From an uncultured Candidatus Rokubacteria bacterium (GTDB lineage: Bacteria; Methylomirabilota; Methylomirabilia; Rokubacteriales; CSP1-6), in NCBI GenBank assembly GCA_963762145.1, contig CAVXJS010000021.1, forward strand, positions 160,001 to 224,000: 64,000 nt of DNA, written 5' to 3'. Made by a program: the position numbers and the translations under genes. The notes beneath the pieces are model-generated. The model saw only the letters and a program-made list of their open reading frames with translations. It was not told the origin of the DNA and ran no database searches. Shown one piece after another: positions 11,807 to 23,563 of the stretch. The stretch's first letter is position 1. Every line of letters starts with the position of its first letter.

Positions 11807-11891
11807 GCGGATACTCGTCTAGTTCTTCAGGCTCTCCATATGCGGGGGCCCAGAAATGGCCCCCGCACTCCCCCAGTTGGCGGACACTCGT
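11807..11891. repeat. Intergenic cassette repeat, copy 3
   Basis: Same hairpin at 11841-11867; direct repeats GCGGATACTCGT (11807) and GCGGACACTCGT (11880). Confidence 0.9.
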
Positions 11892-11897
11892 AGTCGA

Positions 11898-13664
11898 GTG
11901 ATCGCGGACATAGTCTTTGATATTCCGATCGACCACGCGTTCTCGTATGTGGTTCCGGCGGGTCTGGTGGTCGCCCGGGGGCAGCGGGTCAGCGCGCCGC
12001 TCCAGGGCCGGGCGCGGGTCGGCGTGGTGGTCGGGCTCCGCGATGGCGACGCGGCCGGGCTGAAGCCGCTGCAGCGCGCGGTGGAGCCGGTGCCCGTGCT
12101 CTCCGAGGCCGGCCTCGAGCTGGGCCGCTGGGCCGCCGGCGAGAGCCTGTCGTCGTGGGGGTCGACCCTGCTCTCGCTCCTGCCGCCGCCCCCGCGCGGG
12201 GGCGCCGCCGAGACGGTGTCGGCGCCTGCAGCCCCCGCGCCCGGCCCCACGCGCGCGGCGGAGCTCTGGACGGACGAGCGGCGCGAGGACCGGCTCGTCG
12301 AGTGCCTGGAGCGCGAGCCCGGCGCGGCGCTCGTCATCACGCCCGACCGCGAGGCGGCCGCGCGCTGGGCGCAGCGGCTCGATGCGCCCCGGCTCGACAG
12401 CGGCGTCTCCGGGGCGGAGCGCCGCCGGGCCTGGTTCGCGGCCGCCCGCGGGCGCAGCCGAGTCGTGGTCGGCACGCGGTCGGCGTTGCTGGCGCCTTTG
12501 CCCCCGCCCGCGGTGCTGGCGCTGATCGACGAGCACGATCCGGCCCACAAGCCGCCCGGCGCCCCGCGGCTGCATTCGCGCGATCTGCTCCGGCGCCGGG
12601 CCGAGCTCGACGGCAGCCGCCTGCTCCTGCTCTCCGCCACCCCGTCGGCCGAGAGCTGGTGGCACGCGCGCCAGGGCCGGATCGTACGGCCGGACGCGCC
12701 CCCGGCTTCCTGGCCGGAGGTCATCACCGCGGACACGCGGGGCATCCTCCGGAACCACCCGCTCACCCTGCCGCTGACACGCGCCATCGAGGACATGTCG
12801 CGGCGGGGCCGCCGGGCCGTCCTCATCGTCAGCCGCCGGACGTCCGCGCTCGCCTGCCACGAGTGCGGCACCGTGCTTCGCTGCCCGGATTGCGGCGTGG
12901 CCCTGTCCCTCGCCCGCGACCGGAGCGCGCTCCGCTGCCCGCTGTGCGCGCGCGCCGATCCACCCCCCGACCACTGCCCGGCGTGCGGCGGTCATCGGCT
13001 CTCCCCGTCCGGCTGGGATCCCGAGCGCGTCCAGGCCTCGGTCGCTCGACGCTTTCCGCGGCTGACCGTCTCGCGGCAGGACCTCGAGGCCCAGGTGCTC
13101 GTCGGCACGCCCGCCCTGCTCCGCGCGCTACCCCGGCGGTCGGTCGGCTGCGTCGGCTTCGTCGCCCTCGACGGGCTGCTGCGGGTGCCGGACTTCCGCG
13201 CGGGCGAGCGGACCTGGCAGCTCCTGTGGGCCGCCGCAGAATCGGTGACGCCGGGCGGACGCCTCATCATCCAGACCCAGCATCCAGAGCACTACGCGAT
13301 CCGGGCCGTGCAGGCGCAGGATCGCGCGAGCTTCTACGAGGAGGAGCTCAAGTTCCGGGCCGAGCTCGGCTACCCGCCGTATCGCCGGCTCGCCGAGGTC
13401 TCGGCCCGCGGCGGGGAGGACGGCCAGGTGCGGGCCCTCGTCGCCGAGTGCGCGACGGCCCTCCGCGGCATCGGAGGCCTCACGATCTATCCTCCCGTCT
13501 CGGTGACCCCGCCGCGCGGGCGCAAGAGCCGCTGGCGCTTCGTGATCAAGGGCCCCGCCGACCTGCCGCGCCTCCTGGCGCCGGCGCTCGAGCCCTTCCT
13601 CGGGCGGCGACGGCGCGCGAGCGGTATGGTAGAAATAGAGATGGATCCGCAGTCCAACGGCTAG
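11898..13664 (+). CDS. priA: Primosomal protein N', shortened and lacking Walker A
   Basis: 3'-DNA-binding N-terminus (FSY.VP), VVGTRSA, LSATPS, four CxxC, PDFRAGERT.QL, IQT..PEH, R..LGYPP; precedes def-fmt; GTG start just after the repeat. Confidence 0.9.
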   Translation: MIADIVFDIPIDHAFSYVVPAGLVVARGQRVSAPLQGRARVGVVVGLRDGDAAGLKPLQRAVEPVPVLSEAGLELGRWAAGESLSSWGSTLLSLLPPPPRGGAAETVSAPAAPAPGPTRAAELWTDERREDRLVECLEREPGAALVITPDREAAARWAQRLDAPRLDSGVSGAERRRAWFAAARGRSRVVVGTRSALLAPLPPPAVLALIDEHDPAHKPPGAPRLHSRDLLRRRAELDGSRLLLLSATPSAESWWHARQGRIVRPDAPPASWPEVITADTRGILRNHPLTLPLTRAIEDMSRRGRRAVLIVSRRTSALACHECGTVLRCPDCGVALSLARDRSALRCPLCARADPPPDHCPACGGHRLSPSGWDPERVQASVARRFPRLTVSRQDLEAQVLVGTPALLRALPRRSVGCVGFVALDGLLRVPDFRAGERTWQLLWAAAESVTPGGRLIIQTQHPEHYAIRAVQAQDRASFYEEELKFRAELGYPPYRRLAEVSARGGEDGQVRALVAECATALRGIGGLTIYPPVSVTPPRGRKSRWRFVIKGPADLPRLLAPALEPFLGRRRRASGMVEIEMDPQSNG

Positions 13665-13692
13665 CGACACGGCCCAGAGAGGGGATGGGACA

Positions 13693-14214
13693 GTGGCATT
13701 GCTCACGGTGAGGCTCTACGGCGACCCGGTCCTGCGTCAGGTGGCCGCCCCGGTGCGCGACATTACCGCCGAGATCAAGCGGATCATCGCGGACATGACC
13801 GAGACCATGTGGCACCAGGTCGGCATCGGGCTGGCCGCGCCCCAGGTCGGGCTCCCGTACCGCATTCTCGTGATGGACGACGGCAAGGGTGGCGCGCAGG
13901 CCCTGATCAATCCGGAGATCGAGAGCCGCAGCGGGACCATTCGCGAGGAAGAAGGCTGCCTCTCGCTTCCGGGAATCTTCGGCGTGGTCGAGCGCAGCAA
14001 GACGATCACGGTGAAGGCCACGGACGCGGACGGCAAGCCGGTCTCGTTCGAGGCCACCGGGCTCAAGGCCCGGATCGTCCAGCACGAGCTGGATCACCTC
14101 GACGGCGTGCTCTTCATCGATCGGCTGCCTCCGGTGACCCGGGACCGCATCAAGAAGAAGATCCAGAAGGAAGGCTTCCCCAAGGAGACGGGGAACCACG
14201 CCTTCGCGCTCTAG
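13693..14214 (+). CDS. def: Peptide deformylase
   Basis: [24 protein letters not shown]. Confidence 0.98.
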   Translation: MALLTVRLYGDPVLRQVAAPVRDITAEIKRIIADMTETMWHQVGIGLAAPQVGLPYRILVMDDGKGGAQALINPEIESRSGTIREEEGCLSLPGIFGVVERSKTITVKATDADGKPVSFEATGLKARIVQHELDHLDGVLFIDRLPPVTRDRIKKKIQKEGFPKETGNHAFAL

Positions 14215-14224
14215 CGAATCCCGG

Positions 14225-15158
14225 CTGCGCGTTCTGTTCTACGGCACGCCGGCCTTCGCCCTGCCCACGCTCGAGGCTCTGCTGACGCACCACCAGGTGG
14301 TGGCGGTCATCACCCAGCCCGACAAGCCGGCCGGCCGCGGGCGCACCGTGACGGCCTCCCCGGTGAAGCAGCGCGCGCTCGACGGCCTCGGTGCCGGTGC
14401 TACAGCCGCCGCGGCTTCGCGACGCGGGCTGGCCGGAGCGCCTGGCCGAGTACCGGGCCGACGTGGCGGTGGTCGCCGCCTTCGGCCAGATCCTGCCCAA
14501 GGCGGTCCTGGACGTGCCGGTGCAGGGCTCCATCAATGTCCACGGCTCGGTGCTGCCCCGCTACCGCGGCGCGGCGCCGATCGCCTGGGCCATCATGCGC
14601 GGCGAGACGGAGACCGGCATCACCACATTCCAGATGGACCCGGGCATGGACACCGGCGACGTGCTCCTGACCGAGGCGACGCCGATCGGCCCCGAGGAGA
14701 CGGCCGGTGAGCTCTCCACCCGGATGGCGGAGATCGGCGCACGGCTCCTGCTGGGAACGCTCGAGGGCGTCGCCACGCTGCCTCGCATTCCGCAGGATCA
14801 CACGAAGGCCACGCTGGCGCCCCGACTCAAGAAGGAAGACGGCTGGCTGCGGCCCGCCGAGCCCGCGCGCGATCTCGTCAACCGCGTGCGCGGCTGTAAC
14901 CCGTGGCCGGGCGCCGCGCTCATGACGCCGGCCGGCCGGCTTCTGGTCTGGCGCGCGACCGCGGTTGCCGCGTCCGGCGCCGCCGCGGCCCCCGGCACCC
15001 TCGTCGCCACTCCCTCCACCCTCGCCATCGCCACCGGCGACGGCCTGCTCGTCCCGCTCGACGTCCAGCCGGAAAATCGCAAGGCGATGCGGTGGCCCGA
15101 CTTCCTCCGCGGCGCCCGCCTGTCGGCGGGCGCCCGCGTGACCGAGCCCGCCTCGTGA
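14225..15158 (+). CDS. fmt: Methionyl-tRNA formyltransferase (frameshift near 14385; start codon uncertain, CTG)
   Basis: [47 protein letters not shown]. Confidence 0.95.
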
Positions 15159-16549
15159 GCCCGATTCTCAAGGCGGGCCCGGTCTCCCAGGCCCGATACG
15201 AGGCGCTGCACATCCTGGTCCGGGTCGAGCGGGACCGCGCCTTCGCCGATCTCGCACTCGAGGCCGCGCTCGATCGCGCGCGCCTCGACGCTCGGGACGC
15301 GGGGCTCTGCACCGAGATCGTCTACGGCACCCTGCGCTGGCGTCGCCACCTGGACTGGCGCCTCACCCCGCATCTCAACCGCCCGCTCGCCAAGCTCGAT
15401 CCCTGGGTGCGCGCGGTACTGCGCCTCACCGCGTACCAGCTCCTCTTTCTCGATCGCGTCCCGCGCTGGGCCGCGGTCGACGAGGCGGTGAGCATCGCCC
15501 GGCTCAAGTCTCGCAACCCGGGCCCCGCGGAATTCGTCAACGCGGTGCTGCGGGCCTTCACCGCGGGCGCCCGCCCCGCCCCGACTGCCCGCCGCTCCGG
15601 TCGAGGCGGCCGCGATCCGCTGGTCGTTTCCGGACTGGATGGCTGCGCGCTGGATCGCCCGCTACGGGCTCCCGGAGGCGGAACGCCTCATGCAAGGGCT
15701 CGACGAGCGCCCACCCGTGACCATCCGCGCGAACACCCTGCGCATCTCGCGCGAAGACCTCGCGACCCGGCTCCGGGACGAGGAGCTGGCCGATACGGAT
15801 CCCACGCCGCTCGCGCCGGAGGGCCTCACCGTGCGCCGGGGCGGCATCGGCCGGTGGGCCGCCTTCGCGGCGGGCTGGTGCGCGATCCAGGACGAGGCGT
15901 CCATGCTGACGGCGCGCCTGCTCGATCCACAGCCGGGTGAGCTGGTCGCGGACACCTGCGCCGCGCCCGGGACCAAGACCACCCACCTGGCCCAGCTCAT
16001 GGCCAATCGTGGGCGCATCATCGCCATGGATCCGCACGCGGGGCGGCTCGGGCTCCTGACCCAGGCGGTGTCCCGGCTCGGGGTCTCCATCGTCGAGGCG
16101 CACGCGGGCGGCGTGGCCTCGGTGTCGGGGCGCTGGAAGAACCGCTGCGACCGGGTGCTGGTCGATGCGCCCTGCTCGAACCTGGGCGTGCTGCGCCGCA
16201 ATCCCGACGTGAAGTGGAAGCGGGAGGAGACGGAGCTCGGCCGGCTCGCCGAGAAGCAGCGGGGCATTCTCACCGCCGCGGCGGAGCTCGCCAAGCCGGG
16301 CGGACGCCTGGTCTACGCCACCTGCTCGCTCGAGCCCGAGGAGAACGATGAGGTCGTACGGGCCTTCCTCGACGAGCATCCCGACTGGCGTGTGGATCCA
16401 CCCGCCGCGCTTCCCGGTGCCGCCCGGCGCCGGACGGCGTGATTCGCTGCCTGCCTCACGTGCACGGAACCGACGGCTTCACCGCGGTGCGGCTGATGCC
16501 GGCTGCCGAGAACCTGACGCCCTTTGCGGCTCCCGCCGCTTTGGAGTAA
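15155..16549 (+). CDS. rsmB: 16S rRNA m5C967 methyltransferase (frameshifts near 15570 and 16410)
   Basis: NusB-like N-terminus (YGTLRW, FVNAVLR), IQDEAS, DTCAAPG.KT, VDAPCS.LG, YATCS..PEEN, HGTDGF. Confidence 0.93.
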
Positions 16550-16561
16550 GGTCGTCGCATC

Positions 16562-17257
16562 ATGAAGATCGCACCCAGCATCCTGTCCGCCGACTTCGCC
16601 GCGCTGGGCGAGGCCATCGCGCGGGTGGAGGCGGCGGGAGCGGACCTGCTCCACGTGGACGTCATGGACGGCCACTTCGTGCCCAATCTCACCATCGGGC
16701 CGCCCGGTGATCGAGTCCGATCCGGAAGCGGACCCGCCTCCCCCTCGACGTGCACCTGATGATCGAGGAGCCCGAGCGCTGGGTGGAGACGTACGTGAAG
16801 GCCGGCGCGGACTAGGTCACGGTGCACGCGGAGGCCTGCCCGCACCTCGAGCGGGCGCTGCCCGTGATCCGGGAGGCCGGGGCCCGGGCCGGGGTGGCGC
16901 TCAACCCCTCCACCCCGCCCGGGGTCCTCCAGTACGTGCTGGACGACCTCGACCTGGTCCTGGTCATGTCGGTCAACCCCGGGCTTCGGCGGCCAGTCGT
17001 TCATCCCGACCGCCTACGAAAGATCCGCCGAAGTCAGAGTGATGCTCGCCGGCCGGCCGGTCGCTGATCTCGGTGGACGGCGGGGTCAAGACCGACAATG
17101 CCGGCCGCGCTGGCCCAGGCCGGGGCCGACGTGCTGGTGGCCGGGTCGGCCGTGTTCGGCGCCCCCGATCCGGGCGCCGCGCTGGTCGACGCTGCAGGAG
17201 TGCGTCGGAAGTACCGAGAAGGGCTTGACTTTTTCCAGCGCTCGCAGTATCCTTTAG
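16562..17257 (+). CDS. rpe: Ribulose-phosphate 3-epimerase (several frameshifts; end approximate)
   Basis: [47 protein letters not shown] spread across frames. Confidence 0.92.
17225..17253 (+). promoter_or_regulatory. Sigma70-type promoter upstream of ffh
   Basis: TTGACT-N17-TATCCT, 40 bp before the ffh ATG. Confidence 0.55.
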
Positions 17258-17293
17258 CGTTTCCACGAACTGTCCCCTGGTGGAAGAACGCGC

Positions 17294-18643
<1,350 letters not shown>

Positions 18644-18692
18644 GCCCCCGGACCTACGCAGATCACGACAACCGAACAGAGAGAGGTGACCA

Positions 18693-18954
18693 GTGGCGGT
18701 GCACATCAGGCTGAGACGGACGGGAACGACGCGGAAGCCGGCATACCGCGTGGTGGTGGCGGACTCGCGCGCGGCGCGGGACGGCAAGTTCATCGAGGTG
18801 CTCGGGCACTACAACCCGCTCACGAACCCGCCGACGATCAAGATCGAGGTCGAGAAGGCGCAGGCGTGGATCAGCCAAGGGAGCCCAGCCCTCTAACACC
18901 GTGAAGCACCTGCTGGCGCGGGCGCGGAGCGCCGCGGGAGCCGTCAAGGCCTAG
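18693..18954 (+). CDS. rpsP: 30S ribosomal protein S16 (frameshift near 18880)
   Basis: AVHIRLRR.G...PAYRVVVADSR..RDGKFIE.LG.YNP. Confidence 0.96.
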
Positions 18955-18962
18955 GGGATCCG

Positions 18963-19484
18963 GTGACGGGAGCGCCGCTCGTGACGATCGGCGAGGTGCT
19001 GCGGCCCTACGGGCTCCGTGGCGAGGTCAAGGTGCGTCCGCTCACCGACCGGCCCCGCGAGCGGTTCAAGGCTCTCATGTCGTGCACGCTGTGGGAGCCC
19101 CAGGTGGACCGGCGCGAGCCGTGCCGCATCGCGTCCTGCCGGTTCGAAGGAGACACCGTCTACCTCCGGATGGACGGGGTGGATTCGCCGGAGGCGGCCC
19201 GTCGGTTTTGCGGGCGGCTGCTCGCGGTGACCCGGGAGGAGGCCCTGCCTCCCGTGGACGGCAGCTTCTACCCGTGGCAGCTCGAGGGAGCGGTGGTCGA
19301 GACGCGCGACGGGCGCGCGGTGGGCCGGTTCGTGGGGGTGGAGTCGGGCGCGCAGGAGCTGTGGCTGGTGGACGACGGCGCCCAGCGGAGGCTCATCCCT
19401 GCGGTGCCGGAGATCGTGGTGGAAGTCAGCGTGGCGGATCGTCGGATCGTGATCGATCCGCCGGAAGGGCTGCTGGACCTGTGA
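18963..19484 (+). CDS. rimM: Ribosome maturation factor
   Basis: GLRGEVKV, FY..QLEG, LIPAV, DPPEGLL; lies between rpsP and trmD. Confidence 0.93.
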   Translation: MTGAPLVTIGEVLRPYGLRGEVKVRPLTDRPRERFKALMSCTLWEPQVDRREPCRIASCRFEGDTVYLRMDGVDSPEAARRFCGRLLAVTREEALPPVDGSFYPWQLEGAVVETRDGRAVGRFVGVESGAQELWLVDDGAQRRLIPAVPEIVVEVSVADRRIVIDPPEGLLDL

Positions 19485-20238
19485 GGATCGACATCGTCAC
19501 CCTGTTCCCGGGGATGCTCGAGGCGCCGCTCGCCGAGTCGATCCTGGGGCGCGCCCGCGCGCGCGGCCTCGTGGACATCCGCGTGCACGACCTCCGGGAG
19601 CACGCCAGCGGGCGGCACCGGGTGACCGACGAGCCGCCCTTCGGCGGCGGCGGCGGCATGATCCTCAAGCCGGAGCCGCTCGCCGCGGCTATCCAAGCCC
19701 TGCGGGCGGCTGGGTCGGCCGCCCCCGCGCGTGATCCTGCTGGGCCCGGCCGGTCGCCGCTTCAGCCAGGTGGTGGCGCGGGAGCTGGCGCGCCGGCCCC
19801 ACCTGGTGCTCGTCTGCGGCCGCTACGAGGGAGTGGACGAGCGGGTCAGCGAGCAGCTCGTGGACGAGGAGCTGTCCATCGGCGACTATGTGCTGACCGG
19901 GGGCGAGCCGGCCGCGCTGGTGGTGTCGGACGCGGTCACGCGCCTGCTGCCCGGCGTGCTGGGCGACGAGGACGCGCCCGCGCGCGATTCCTTCGCGCGG
20001 CGGGCTCCTCGAGCACCCGCAGTACACGCGACCCGAGGTGTTTCGCGGCGCGGCCGTGCCCGAGGTGCTGCGCTCGGGCGATCACGGCCGCATCGCCCGC
20101 TGGCGCGCCCTGATGTCGCTGTGGCGTACGTGGCAGCGCCGGCCGGATCTCCTGGAGACCGCCGATCTCACCCCGGAGGAGCAGAAGTGGACCGACGCGT
20201 TCCGGCAGGGCCGGACGCCGACGGATCTCCTGGACTAA
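19481..20238 (+). CDS. trmD: tRNA m1G37 methyltransferase (frameshifts near 19720 and 20000)
   Basis: [51 protein letters not shown]. Confidence 0.96.
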
Positions 20239-20262
20239 TCATCGAGCAAGGAGCGTCATATC

Positions 20263-20634
20263 ATGGAAGCGATCCGAATCGTGGAAGCGGGTGATCTCAA
20301 GAAGGACCGGGGCGGCTTCCGGCCCGGCGACACCGTCAAGGTGATGGTGAAGGTGGTCGAGGGCGAGAAGGAGCGCCTGCAGGCGTTCGAGGGGGTGTGC
20401 ATCCGCCGCCGCGGGGGCGGCACCGGCGCCTCGTTCACGGTGCGGCGCATCTCCTACGGGGTCGGCGTGGAGCGCACGTTCCCGGTGCACTCGCCGCGGA
20501 TCGACAAGATCCAGGTGATGAAGCGGGCGACGGTGCGCCGGTCCAAGCTCTACTACCTCCGCGAGCTGGTCGGCAAGGCGGCGCGGCTCAAGGAGAAGCG
20601 ATTCGCCCAAGTGCCCACCTCCGGCGAGAGCTAA
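20263..20634 (+). CDS. rplS: 50S ribosomal protein L19
   Basis: [34 protein letters not shown]. Confidence 0.98.
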   Translation: MEAIRIVEAGDLKKDRGGFRPGDTVKVMVKVVEGEKERLQAFEGVCIRRRGGGTGASFTVRRISYGVGVERTFPVHSPRIDKIQVMKRATVRRSKLYYLRELVGKAARLKEKRFAQVPTSGES

Positions 20635-20649
20635 AATCGGGCCCTGACG

Positions 20650-21297
20650 GTGGGCGCGCCCTACCACTTCGAGAGCGCCGCGTGGCGGCGGGGCATCACC
20701 TGCCTGGCGGGCGTGGACGAGGCGGGACGGGGCCCGCTGGCGGGACCGGTGGTCGCGGCGGCGGTGGTGATCGCGCCGGGCGCACGGATCGCGGGAGTGG
20801 ACGATTCGAAGCGGCTCCTGCCGGAGGAGCGGCAGCGGCTCTTCGAGGTGATTCGCGAGCGCGCGGTGAGGGTGGGGATCGGGATCGTGGATCACCTGAC
20901 GATCGACCGGATCAACATCCTGCAGGCCACGCGGCTGGCGATGGGACAGGCGCTCGGTGCGCTGGGGGTCGAGCCGGAGCTGGTGTTGACGGATTTCGTG
21001 ACGGTACCAGGGCTGCGTTGCCCGCAGCGGAACCTGGTGGAAGGCGATCGGCGGTCGGCCTCGGTCGCGGCGGCCTCCATCATCGCCAAGGTGACGAGGG
21101 ACCGGATCATGGAAGAAGCGGATCGCGAGTTCCCGATCTACGGATTCGGGCGACACAAGGGGTACGCGACGCCCGAGCACCGGAGCGCGCTCGAGCAGCA
21201 CGGGCCGTGCGCGCTGCACCGGCGCACCTTCGCGGGAATCTGGAACCAGATGACGCTGTTTTCAAGCCGCGAGCTTCAATGGATCGAGGCTGACTAA
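20650..21297 (+). CDS. rnhB: Ribonuclease HII
   Basis: [33 protein letters not shown]. Confidence 0.97.
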   Translation: MGAPYHFESAAWRRGITCLAGVDEAGRGPLAGPVVAAAVVIAPGARIAGVDDSKRLLPEERQRLFEVIRERAVRVGIGIVDHLTIDRINILQATRLAMGQALGALGVEPELVLTDFVTVPGLRCPQRNLVEGDRRSASVAAASIIAKVTRDRIMEEADREFPIYGFGRHKGYATPEHRSALEQHGPCALHRRTFAGIWNQMTLFSSRELQWIEAD

Positions 21298-21303
21298 GGA
21301 GTC

Positions 21304-21690
21304 GTGAACGTGCCGACCGACACCAGGAAGATCACCGGCGTCAGAGGGGAGGAAGAAGCGGCCCGCTTCCTCGCGCGCAGTGGGCTCGCGATTCTGGACC
21401 GAAACGTGAGGACCCGCGCGGGGGAGATCGATCTCGTGGCGAAGGAGGGCAAGACCCTCGTGTTCGTCGAGGTCAAGACCCGCCGCGCCGCCGAGGGCGA
21501 TCCGCCGCAGGCCGCGGTGAACACGCGCAAGCAGAACCGGCTGGGCAAGCTGGCGCACGGCTATCTCAAGCTCAAACGGCTCCGGCAGGTCTCCTGCCGC
21601 TTCGACGTCGTCTCGGTGATCTTCAACGATGAAGGCGCGGTCAAGGCGATCAGACACATCCCCAACGCGTTCTCGGTCTCCGCCTGGTAG
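21304..21690 (+). CDS. yraN: YraN family endonuclease (UPF0102)
   Basis: G..GE..A, GEIDLV, FVEVKTR, RFDVV. Confidence 0.95.
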   Translation: MNVPTDTRKITGVRGEEEAARFLARSGLAILDRNVRTRAGEIDLVAKEGKTLVFVEVKTRRAAEGDPPQAAVNTRKQNRLGKLAHGYLKLKRLRQVSCRFDVVSVIFNDEGAVKAIRHIPNAFSVSAW

Positions 21691-21691
21691 C

Positions 21692-21787
21692 AGTAAACGG
21701 TTGCGCGGAATGCAGTGGCACGGTGAGGCGCAGCCGAAGGCGAGCCGAACGGATACAAAGAGCTTAAGGAAGTAAACGAAGATCCGG
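21692..21787. repeat. Intergenic cassette repeat, copy 4 (shared ends, different core)
   Basis: AGTAAACG direct repeat at 21692 and 21771; arm AAGAGCTTAAGGAAGTAAACG resembles the copy 1 arm AAGAGCCTTGAAGAAGTAAACG; left end AACGGTTG as in copy 1. Confidence 0.65.
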
Positions 21788-21839
21788 GGCACCGCGACGA
21801 AGGGATGCAAGAAAGCGCGCTGAGGTAACCGAAAGCACG

Positions 21840-22490
21840 ATGCACCGCGACGAGCTCTTCAGCAAGACCCTCCCCCTCGACCCCACGCACACCGCGCTGC
21901 TCGTCGTCGACATGCAGCGCGCGTTCGTGGAGGAGGGCCAGGCGATGGAGGTCACCCCGGCTCGCGACGTGATCCCGCGGATCCAGGAGCTGATCGCGGT
22001 GTTCCGCGAGAAGCACCTCCCGGTGGTCTTCACCGAGTTCACGTACTCACCCGCGGCGCCCCTCCTGGTGGGCGAACTCCATCCCGAGCACCGCCCGGCC
22101 ACCCCCGGGGCCCCCACCGGCTTCGGCCTCCCCTCGTCCTCGTGCCTGGAGGGCGCGGACAATGCGCGCGTGATCCCCGAGCTCGCTCCGCGCGCGGACG
22201 AGCTGGTGATCCGCAAGCACTACTACGACGGGTTCAACGGCACCGTGCTGGACGGCGCGCTCCGGGCGCGCGGCGTCACCACGCTCGTGATCACCGGCAC
22301 GATGACCGACATCTGCGTGCTTGGCACCGTGATCGGCGGCTTCAACCGCGAGTACCGGCTGATCGTGGTCGAGGACGGCGTGGCCACCCTGTGGCCCGAG
22401 ATCCAGCGCGCCACGCTCGATATCATCCGCCGGGCCTACGCGCGCGTGCTCGCGGCCAAGGAAGTGGCCGACGAGCTGGCGCGAGGTTGA
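21840..22490 (+). CDS. Isochorismatase/cysteine hydrolase family amidohydrolase
   Basis: Asp-Lys-Cys triad: LLVVDMQ, IRKHYYDGF, GTMTDICV. Confidence 0.92.
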   Translation: MHRDELFSKTLPLDPTHTALLVVDMQRAFVEEGQAMEVTPARDVIPRIQELIAVFREKHLPVVFTEFTYSPAAPLLVGELHPEHRPATPGAPTGFGLPSSSCLEGADNARVIPELAPRADELVIRKHYYDGFNGTVLDGALRARGVTTLVITGTMTDICVLGTVIGGFNREYRLIVVEDGVATLWPEIQRATLDIIRRAYARVLAAKEVADELARG

Positions 22491-22520
22491 CCACGGCGCG
22501 GGTATGCTAGAGTCCTAGCC

Positions 22521-23450
22521 ATGGCGAACGGGCTCCGCTTCCACGGGTGCATGCCGGCCAATCTCCTGCCCTTCACCGCCGACCTGGCCGTGGACGAGCC
22601 GGCCTATCGCCGGCATCTTCGCTGGCTCGTCGACGCGCCCGGCGTCACCGGGATCGTGGCCAACGGCCACGCGGCCGAGGTCTCCTCGCTGACGCCCGAG
22701 GAGCGCCGGCGGACCCTGGCGATCGCCCTCGACGAGATCGCGGGCAAGGTGCCCGTGGTCACCGGTATCTACTCGGACGGGACGCTCGAGGCGGTGGAGC
22801 TGGCGCGAGACGCGCGCGCGGCGGGCGCGGCCGGCCTGCTCGTCTTCCCCCCGACCCTCTTCATGTGGGGCGCCCAGCAGAAGCCGGACATGGTGCTGCG
22901 CCACTTCCAGACCATCGCCGACGCGGTGGACCTGCCGCTGATCGTCTTCGAGTACCCGCCCGTGTCCGGGATCGGCTACAGCCCCGAGACGCTCGCCGAG
23001 CTGTGCAAGATCCCGACGGTGGCGGGCGTGAAGGACTGGTCGAACGACATCGTGTCGTACGAGAAGAACCTGCGCGCGCTGCGCGGCGCGGGCCGGCCGG
23101 TGGCGATGCTCTCGGCCTTCACGATGTCGCTGATGGCGAGCTTCATGATCGGCGCCGACGGCTGCATCTCGGGCATGGGCAGCGTGACCGCCGATCTGCA
23201 GGCGTCGCTGCTCGCGGCGGTGCAGACCGGCCGGCTCGACGAGGCGCGGGCGATCAACGACCGGCTGGCGCCGCTCGTCCAGGTGTTCTACGCGCCGCCC
23301 TTCGTGGACATGCACAATCGCATGAAGGAAGCCCTCGCGATCCTCGGTCGCATCCCGGCCGCCCACGTGCGGCCCCCGCTCACTCCCGTCTCCGACGACG
23401 AGCGGCACCGGATCCGTCTGGCGCTCCGAGCGGCCGGCCTCTCGGCCTAG
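22521..23450 (+). CDS. DapA/DHDPS-family class I aldolase or lyase
   Basis: PF..D..VDE, NGHAAEVSSL (GxxGE variant), Schiff-base Lys in GVKDW, VRPPL. Confidence 0.9.
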   Translation: MANGLRFHGCMPANLLPFTADLAVDEPAYRRHLRWLVDAPGVTGIVANGHAAEVSSLTPEERRRTLAIALDEIAGKVPVVTGIYSDGTLEAVELARDARAAGAAGLLVFPPTLFMWGAQQKPDMVLRHFQTIADAVDLPLIVFEYPPVSGIGYSPETLAELCKIPTVAGVKDWSNDIVSYEKNLRALRGAGRPVAMLSAFTMSLMASFMIGADGCISGMGSVTADLQASLLAAVQTGRLDEARAINDRLAPLVQVFYAPPFVDMHNRMKEALAILGRIPAAHVRPPLTPVSDDERHRIRLALRAAGLSA

Positions 23451-23563
23451 AGCGTCCGGCTCCGGGCTCTTCCCGGCCGAGCAGGCGCAGTAAGCGCACC
23501 CTTGCGGCCGAGGGCGTTTTCACGGTATAAGACCGTCCAATCTCCGCATCCCAGCGAGGTGGA

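Noticed and set aside
5795-11891. Hairpin repeats as a CRISPR array or integron attC sites
   Set aside because: The copies are kilobases apart with no spacers or cas genes. They lack the RYYYAAC...GTTRRRY ends and whole-element dyad symmetry, and they flank core genes.
11856-11897. ATG start of priA given by the ORF track
   Set aside because: This ATG lies inside the repeat hairpin loop, and PriA similarity begins at the GTG at 11898.
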